Origin: Firmicutes bacterium UBA4996
Lineage (GTDB): Bacteria; Bacillota; Limnochordia; Darwinibacteriales; Darwinibacteriaceae
Direction: 5' to 3'
Length of the DNA: 62,670 nt
Assembly (NCBI GenBank): GCA_002396805.1
Contig: DGYW01000058.1
Span: forward strand, 118,747 to 181,416
This document shows positions 57,278 through 62,670 of this stretch, in pieces (position 1 is the stretch's first letter; every line of letters begins with the position of its first letter). The notes beneath the pieces were generated by a model. That model made no database searches. It was given only the letters and a program-made list of their open reading frames with translations, and had not been told where the DNA came from. A program made the position numbers and the translations under genes.

Positions 57278-58081
57278 ATGAGAGCCATGTGGAAAGGATC
57301 TATTTCCTTTGGTCTGGTGAACATTCCGGTAAGAATGTACACAGCCACTCAAGAGAAAAGTCTCCGTTTCACCCAGTTACATGAGTTGTGCCATACACCT
57401 ATTAAGTACGACAAAGTTTGTCCTCACTGTGAACGCTCCGTGGCTGGCGAAGAAATCATTCGGGGTTATGAGTACAACCCAGGCCAATATGTAGTGATTA
57501 ATGATCAAGAGTGGGACAGCTTTGTGGAACGCTCCACTCATACAATTGACATCTTGCGCTTTGTAGACCTCAGTGAAGTTGACCCGGTCTTTTTTAATAA
57601 GACCTATTATTTAGAACCTGCGGAAACAGGAGGAAAGGCCTACTCCCTTTTACAGCAGGCCTTAGCCTCCACAGACAAGATTGCAGTTGCGAAAATTACC
57701 ATTCGCTCGAAAGTATCGTTGGCTGTGGTACGTGTTTATCAGGGCATGCTAGCTTTAGAAACCATTTTCTATCCTGACGAGATTCGAGACGAGGGTGAAC
57801 TCGATTTGGACATACAGGGAAAGGTGCAAGAAAAAGAGCTAACCATGGCCCTTTCTTTAATAGCCAGTTTAACCGAGCCCTTTCAGCCGGAGCATTACAG
57901 TGACGAGCGACGCTTAGGTATGTTGGAACTAATCGAAAGGAAGATTCAAGGACAAGATGTAGTGGTGGCTAGAGGCCCCAAAGAAGGAGCTCCAGTAGTA
58001 GATCTACTGGCCGCCTTAGAGGCATCTTTGCAAGCTCAGCAACATAAGTCCAGTGACTTTCCTGATGGGGTGCGTCATTGA
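57278..58081 (+). CDS. ku: non-homologous end-joining protein Ku
   Basis: 267 aa. MWKGSISFGLVNIPVRMYTAT is the bacterial Ku signature. Confidence 0.93.
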   Translation: MRAMWKGSISFGLVNIPVRMYTATQEKSLRFTQLHELCHTPIKYDKVCPHCERSVAGEEIIRGYEYNPGQYVVINDQEWDSFVERSTHTIDILRFVDLSEVDPVFFNKTYYLEPAETGGKAYSLLQQALASTDKIAVAKITIRSKVSLAVVRVYQGMLALETIFYPDEIRDEGELDLDIQGKVQEKELTMALSLIASLTEPFQPEHYSDERRLGMLELIERKIQGQDVVVARGPKEGAPVVDLLAALEASLQAQQHKSSDFPDGVRH

Positions 58082-59007
58082 GACTGCCGCGGTTTGAGCC
58101 TATGTTGCCTGTTAGCCAATGTGTAGGGGATGCTGGCGCCTTCGCACAAGAGATAAAATGGGATGGTTTTAGAGCCCTCGCCTATTTGGAGGGGGCTGTA
58201 CGCTTGGAAAGCAGAAATGGAAAGAGCTTTAATCGGCGGTTTCCTACAATCGTGGCAGAACTGGAGTACCTAGGGCAAGGAATTATTCTGGACGGGGAAA
58301 TAATTGCTCTTACTGCGGAGGGACGTCCGGAGTTTTCCCTCCTGCGCAAACTGCCCAATTCGACCACACGACTTTTCTATATTGTCTTTGACTTGCTATT
58401 TTCGGAGGGGCGTTCCATTTGTTCAGAACCGTGGTCTAAACGACGCCGGCATTTGGAACTACTCCTAAAGTCGAACAGGGGGGGTGGCAGTGTTATCATC
58501 TCACCACTTTTATCTGATGTGGTGGAGGACTGTCTCGCTTTCGCCAAACAACACCAGCTTGAAGGCATTGTATCAAAGCAGAAAGACTCTCCCTATTTAC
58601 CAGGAGTGCGCTCATCCTTTTGGCGCAAACACAGACTTAAGAAAAGTATAGATTGTGTCGTGGTGGCCCTTAATTTTTCAGGGAACCGCCTCCGTTCTCT
58701 TGGAGTTGCCGTCTATAATCGAAATCAGGCTTGGCAGTATATTGGCAATGTAGGTAGTGGGCTAGGTCAAGTGGAGCTAGACTTCCTACGGCAGGCGATG
58801 CCATTGCTACAGACAGAGGTGGTTCCTGTAGTGAACCCACCGTCTGTTGATTTCGAAGTGGTTTGGTTAAAACCACATTTAGTTGTGGAACTTGAATATT
58901 TGGAGTTCACCCCTCAAGGAAGGTTGCGGCATCCTGTTTTTATCCGTTTTCGCATAGACAAGGATGCTCAAGCCTGCCTATTAGGAGTTGATGATTGTGA
59001 CAAGTAA
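58078..59007 (+). CDS. ligD: ATP-dependent DNA ligase (LigD ligase domain only)
   Basis: 309 aa. Adenylation motif EIKWDGFRA, EGIVSK, and an OB domain. ATGA-type overlap with ku. Confidence 0.88.
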   Translation: MRLPRFEPMLPVSQCVGDAGAFAQEIKWDGFRALAYLEGAVRLESRNGKSFNRRFPTIVAELEYLGQGIILDGEIIALTAEGRPEFSLLRKLPNSTTRLFYIVFDLLFSEGRSICSEPWSKRRRHLELLLKSNRGGGSVIISPLLSDVVEDCLAFAKQHQLEGIVSKQKDSPYLPGVRSSFWRKHRLKKSIDCVVVALNFSGNRLRSLGVAVYNRNQAWQYIGNVGSGLGQVELDFLRQAMPLLQTEVVPVVNPPSVDFEVVWLKPHLVVELEYLEFTPQGRLRHPVFIRFRIDKDAQACLLGVDDCDK

Positions 59008-59893
59008 GCAAGTTGTCCAGGTTGAAGGTAGAGCTGTACAACTAACCAATTTAGACAAGGTACTGTGGCCTAAACAGGGTTTCACTAAAGCAGATTTGCT
59101 TGATTATCATGTGCGCATGCAGACTTTGACTAGCGCCCACTGGGGAAGTCGGGCCCTTACTGTAACCCGTTACCCCCATGGAGTAGATGGAGAATTCTTT
59201 TTCCAAAAAAACGTACCTACCTCAGCCCCTCCCTGGGTAGTCACAAACCTTTTAGGTGAGACGGAATACGTAATAGCGAATGATCTTAGCACCATTATAT
59301 GGCTAGCTAACTCGGCCGCCATAGAATTTCACCCTTCGACCTTTCAGATTGGTGATCCTAACATCCCCAGTTATGCTATTATAGATCTTGATCCCACTAA
59401 GCCCCTAGGATTTACGGAAACGGTGGACATGGCCAAACGTTGTGGCGATTTGTTGCTGGAAATAGGGCTTCGGGGCTATCCGAAGTTTTCTGGCGCTACG
59501 GGAATCCACATTTACATTCCCTTAGAAGCCCACTATGACTTCAAAATTAGCTCCGAATTGGTGCGTTTGCTCGGTGTCAGCTTACAACGGCTGTATCCTA
59601 CACAGATCACCTTGGAGCGCCTAATTAGAAATCGCAGGGGCATTTATATTGACTACTTGCAGAATCATCAAGGGAAAACAATTGTGGGGGTCTATAGTCC
59701 AAGACCTACACCTGAAGGTACAGTATCTACACCGGTGGATTGGGTTGACTTGGACTATTACCAACCACAAGACTTTACCATAAAAACGGTACCCCAATGG
59801 GTGGCTGAACGTGGGGATCTTTTTGGAGATGTTCTCTATAGACCGCAGTCATTGGAGCATTTCACACAAATTTTTTCCATGCTGAAGCCTTGA
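58988..59893 (+). CDS. LigD polymerase/primase domain protein (stand-alone)
   Basis: 301 aa. VQLTNLDKVLWP, FFQKN, IIDLDP, and SGATGIHIYIPL motifs of the AEP-type LigD polymerase domain. 20-nt overlap with the ligase gene. Confidence 0.88.
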   Translation: MMIVTSKQVVQVEGRAVQLTNLDKVLWPKQGFTKADLLDYHVRMQTLTSAHWGSRALTVTRYPHGVDGEFFFQKNVPTSAPPWVVTNLLGETEYVIANDLSTIIWLANSAAIEFHPSTFQIGDPNIPSYAIIDLDPTKPLGFTETVDMAKRCGDLLLEIGLRGYPKFSGATGIHIYIPLEAHYDFKISSELVRLLGVSLQRLYPTQITLERLIRNRRGIYIDYLQNHQGKTIVGVYSPRPTPEGTVSTPVDWVDLDYYQPQDFTIKTVPQWVAERGDLFGDVLYRPQSLEHFTQIFSMLKP

Positions 59894-59918
59894 CGCAGCC
59901 AAAATACTATGTTATACT
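59890..59918 (+). promoter_or_regulatory. sigma-A promoter of the infC-rpmI-rplT operon
   Basis: TTGACG (59890-59895), N17, TATACT (59913-59918). Confidence 0.65.
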
Positions 59919-59924
59919 TCTATC

Positions 59925-60074
59925 GTCAAGCAGAAGCCACCGCTTCTCACCTTGTGACTCAGTGTTTTCAAGGTTTTAGACCCTGATATGTTTTTATTGC
60001 ATAATGCAGATTGTCTGCAGATATGTAGTTGCGATCATGGGATTGAACGGGTGGCTAATGCCATCCGTTTTTTG
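59925..60074 (+). promoter_or_regulatory. L20 leader-type attenuator upstream of infC
   Basis: ~180-nt leader ending in terminator AACGGGTGGC TAAT GCCATCCGTT (60046-60069) plus a T-run. The position matches the Firmicute L20-responsive leader. Confidence 0.6.
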
Positions 60075-60105
60075 TGTAATACTAACTTACTGGAGGGGTG
60101 ACACC

Positions 60106-60669
60106 ATTAGCAAAGAACTAAGAGTGAACAGTGATATTCGAGCCCGCGAGGTGCGAGTTGTTGATGCCAATGGAGACCAGCTAGGAATTATGAGTGCCCG
60201 GGAGGCCTTGTCCATAGCTGGGGAGCGGGGATTGGATTTGGTGGAGGTGGCACCTAATGCTAAACCTCCCGTGTGCCGGATCATGGATTATGGAAAACAC
60301 AGATATGAACAAAGTAAACGTGACAAGGCAGCTAAGAAAAAGCAAAAGGTAGTAAACGTCAAGGAAATTCGCATGAGTCCTAAGATTGATGAGCATGACT
60401 TTGACGTAAAGTTGCGAGCTGCTGAACGGTTCTTAAAGTCCGGTGACAAAGTAAAAGTTTCGGTACGTTTTAGGGGAAGAGAGATTGTCCATTCTGATTT
60501 AGCCAAAGGCAAACTTGATGACTTAGCAAATCAGTTAAAGGAAATAGCAGTTGTTGAACGTCCGCCTAAGTTGGAAGGTCGTCAGATGATTGCTGTATTG
60601 GCTCCCAGAACTGATGCCGGCCAAAAAGCGGAAACAAAGCAAGCAGATACTGTCGAAGCAAACAATTAG
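60106..60669 (+). CDS. infC: translation initiation factor IF-3, AUU start codon
   Basis: GGAGGGG, 7 nt, then ATT AGC AAA GAA... ([20 protein letters not shown]). The ORF-track start at 60004 lies in the leader/terminator. Confidence 0.92.
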   Translation: MSKELRVNSDIRAREVRVVDANGDQLGIMSAREALSIAGERGLDLVEVAPNAKPPVCRIMDYGKHRYEQSKRDKAAKKKQKVVNVKEIRMSPKIDEHDFDVKLRAAERFLKSGDKVKVSVRFRGREIVHSDLAKGKLDDLANQLKEIAVVERPPKLEGRQMIAVLAPRTDAGQKAETKQADTVEANN

Positions 60670-60683
60670 GAGGTGTGTCAACC

Positions 60684-60881
60684 ATGGCTAAAATGAAAAC
60701 CCATAGGGGTGCAGCTAAACGCTTCAAGGTTACTGGTACTGGTAAAGTGTTGAAGTATAGCTCACACAAGAGTCATATTTTGGAGAAGAAATCTTCTAAG
60801 CGCAAGCGTCAACTAAGACACGGGCAAGTGGCGAGTAAGCCAGATACAAAACGAGTTCGCGAGCTATTGCCGTATAAATAG
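60684..60881 (+). CDS. rpmI: 50S ribosomal protein L35
   Basis: [21 protein letters not shown]... Confidence 0.95.
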   Translation: MAKMKTHRGAAKRFKVTGTGKVLKYSSHKSHILEKKSSKRKRQLRHGQVASKPDTKRVRELLPYK

Positions 60882-60906
60882 ATGGTTAATTTAGGAGGAA
60901 CAGACA

Positions 60907-61254
60907 ATGTCTAGAGTTAAAGGTGGCACCGTAACTCGCCAAAGGCGTAAAAAGACCCTTAAACTTGCAAAGGGCTATTATGGTGATAAAAGCAAGAAAT
61001 TTCGCGTAGCCAATCAACAGGTCATGAAGTCTGGAAACTACGCTTATCGCGATCGCAAGGCCAAGAAACGTGATTTCCGCAAACTGTGGATTACCCGTAT
61101 TAATGCGGCCGCACGATTGAATGGTATGTCTTATAACGCATTCATCCATGGTTTGAAGAAAAATGGCGTTGAAGTCAATCGCAAGGTTCTCGCTGACATC
61201 GCTGTACATGATGCGGATGCCTTTGCCGAATTGGTTTCCCTTGCCAAACAATAA
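60907..61254 (+). CDS. rplT: 50S ribosomal protein L20
   Basis: [26 protein letters not shown]... Confidence 0.97.
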   Translation: MSRVKGGTVTRQRRKKTLKLAKGYYGDKSKKFRVANQQVMKSGNYAYRDRKAKKRDFRKLWITRINAAARLNGMSYNAFIHGLKKNGVEVNRKVLADIAVHDADAFAELVSLAKQ

Positions 61255-61271
61255 GTGTTGATCAAGTAGTT

Positions 61272-61318
61272 CCGGGGTGGTTTCGTCATTAATGACGTTC
61301 CTCCCGGTATTTCTTTTT
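61272..61318 (+). terminator. probable (leaky) terminator after rplT
   Basis: CCGGG/CCCGG outer stem (61272-61276 / 61303-61307), CGTCA/TGACG inner stem (61284-61288 / 61293-61297), followed by T-rich TATTTCTTTTT. Confidence 0.45.
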
Positions 61319-61330
61319 GGGGGTAAAGAT

Positions 61331-62119
61331 GTGGAGCGGACAATTATCACCAGTAGGCAGAATGAGCAGGTTAGATGGGCCAGGCGTTTGCAGCAGAAGA
61401 AATATCGAGATCAAGAAGCCTCGTTCTACCTTGAAGGCGTGCGTGTGGTAGAAGAGGCGTTGGCAACCGATCTTGTCCGAAGCCTCTTTTTTAGCGAGCG
61501 TTTATTGACTACGCCACGGGGAAAAGGTCTACTAGAACAAGCTCAGAAACTGGATATTCCTCGTTGGGAGTGTACTGAGCAAGTGTTGTCCGAGTTAACC
61601 GATACAGTTAACTCCCAGGGAGTTGTGGCCATAGTACATAAGCCAACCTGGCCAATGAAAACCCAAGGAGTGCTTCTTGTAGCAGACGAAATTCAGGATC
61701 CAGGAAATATGGGCACGTTACTCCGCACTGCGGTAGGAGCTGGGGTGAGTGGTCTTTTGGTTGTGGATGGTTCGGTAGACTTGTATAACCCCAAGGTACT
61801 TCGGGCCAGTATGGGTGCTATATTTCATTTGCCCCATTGGTTTTTTAGCAGGGACGCCGCTTTGGAGTTATTAGCCACAAGTGGATCCACTCTGGTGGTA
61901 GCCGATTTAGTGGATGCCAAGGATTATTGGGATGTAGCTTACCCTCAAAATCTGGCAGTAGTGATTGGCAACGAAGCCAGGGGGGTGCACCCCGAATTTC
62001 GAGATAGGGCCAACCTAAGAGTGAAGATTCCTTTAATTGGTCCGGTTGAATCCCTTAACGCTTCTGTCGCCGCCGGTGTGTTGCTTTATGAGATACTACG
62101 ACAGAATGGTTCTGTTTAA
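61331..62119 (+). CDS. TrmH/SpoU family RNA 2'-O-methyltransferase (YsgA-like)
   Basis: ITSRQNEQVRWARRL..., SpoU motifs QDPGNMGTLLRTA, VIGNEARGV, and ESLNASVAAGVLLYE. GTG 61331 preferred over 61277, which lies in the hairpin. Confidence 0.85.
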   Translation: MERTIITSRQNEQVRWARRLQQKKYRDQEASFYLEGVRVVEEALATDLVRSLFFSERLLTTPRGKGLLEQAQKLDIPRWECTEQVLSELTDTVNSQGVVAIVHKPTWPMKTQGVLLVADEIQDPGNMGTLLRTAVGAGVSGLLVVDGSVDLYNPKVLRASMGAIFHLPHWFFSRDAALELLATSGSTLVVADLVDAKDYWDVAYPQNLAVVIGNEARGVHPEFRDRANLRVKIPLIGPVESLNASVAAGVLLYEILRQNGSV

Positions 62120-62272
62120 TCCTAGGTGAATTATTGTAGCTCTGGGTATAAGATGCGAGGTTGTACCAAGAATGGGCTAGCATGGGGTCTATACTCAAAT
62201 CTAGAACCAGATACAGAAAGAATTTCTGCTCGTACAGAAGAAGGAAGCGGAATACCGCTTCCTTTGTGAATA

Positions 62273-62500
62273 TTAACTTACATTGTTAATGTTGCTAACC
62301 CAATGCTTGATTTCGCCCATTTGCCTATACGTTTTAGTGAGCTCTTGGATTGTCTCGTTATCCAACCCATAGGCGCGAAGTTCGCTCTGAAAAATCGTGA
62401 TAGCACGTCTTTTCTGTAGTGCCAGGCCTGGGGTCATCCAGACTATAGTCCCAATAGTCTTGGTTGCACTAACAAGGGTTTTCCCAATTGTCTTGAGCAT
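62273..62500 (-). CDS. hypothetical 75-aa protein
   Basis: AGGTGA RBS 6 nt before the ATG. One hydrophobic segment (TIGTIVWMTPGLAL). Stem-loop GGAAGCGG/CCGCTTCC downstream. No family recognised. Confidence 0.4.
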   Translation of the reverse strand: MLKTIGKTLVSATKTIGTIVWMTPGLALQKRRAITIFQSELRAYGLDNETIQELTKTYRQMGEIKHWVSNINNVS

Positions 62501-62510
62501 TTTAGTTCAC

Positions 62511-62642
62511 CTAAGAGCTTTGAAACTGGCTAGTCAAAGTCTGTAGCGTACTCATATACTCTTGGGTAAGGCGCATGGCATCCTCCTTATCCATTTCAGC
62601 ATCGATCAGGTTTCTATAGAAGGTGCCAACCGCTTTGCTCAT
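62511..62642 (-). CDS. hypothetical 43-aa helical protein (below the ORF-track cutoff)
   Basis: GGAAGGGG RBS, then ATG. MSKAVGTFYRNLIDAEMDKEDAMRLTQEYMSTLQTLTSQFQSS. The stop overlaps the RBS of the 75-aa ORF. Confidence 0.3.
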   Translation of the reverse strand: MSKAVGTFYRNLIDAEMDKEDAMRLTQEYMSTLQTLTSQFQSS

Positions 62643-62670
62643 GGTGGTAGCCCCTTCCTCTGAAAAGAGA

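Noticed and set aside
60886-61350. 154-aa minus-strand ORF opposite rplT.
   Set aside because: It is antisense to the highly conserved L20 gene.

Overview
The window is a core chromosomal segment of a spore-forming Firmicute, Clostridia-like, with gene order close to Bacillus. Almost everything is on the + strand and tightly packed. The order is accC (5' partial), asp23-amaP-DUF2273, nusB, a TsaD-like gene, xseA-xseB-ispA, a ~600-nt ORF-free structured RNA plus a 4-TM protein (called as OLE RNA and oapA), then dxs-tlyA-nadK-argR-recN-spoIVB. An ~8-kb glutamate mutase / methylaspartate island follows (glmS-glmL-glmE, a DUF1446/DUF4387-like pair, mal, an Fe-S hydro-lyase alpha subunit, a P-loop protein), and then spo0A. 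Next come a steA-like / MctB-like / GT2 / GT4 module, spore cortex genes (sleB-like, pdaB, a second deacetylase, GH18), an M16 peptidase, a dUTPase-like gene, a beta-barrel-like secreted protein, ylmC and a stress protein. After that come dapB-dpaA-dpaB-asd-dapG-dapA, a MATE pump, rnj-tepA-ylzJ, a Na/Pi transporter, uppP, and yggS-sepF-yggT-ylmH-divIVA. The last part holds a T-box leader and ileS, DUF5665, ylyA-like, lspA-rluD, pyrR-pyrP with PyrR attenuators, ytaF (-), tRNA-Cys plus a Cys4 mini-protein, rpsD (-), ku and a split ligD (NHEJ), an L20 leader with infC (AUU start)-rpmI-rplT, a TrmH-family methyltransferase, and two small minus-strand ORFs. I saw no CRISPR array, transposase, integrase or large repeat. 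The items most worth follow-up are the OLE/oapA locus, the unexplained DUF1446/DUF4387 pair and orphan hydro-lyase alpha subunit in the glutamate mutase island, spoIVB reading through its own terminator at a T9 tract, the non-canonical Spo0A receiver residues, the OMP-like protein with a perfect C-terminal beta-signal, and an orphan structured intergenic region at 55.2-55.45 kb. All homology calls come from by-eye motif recognition; no searches were run.
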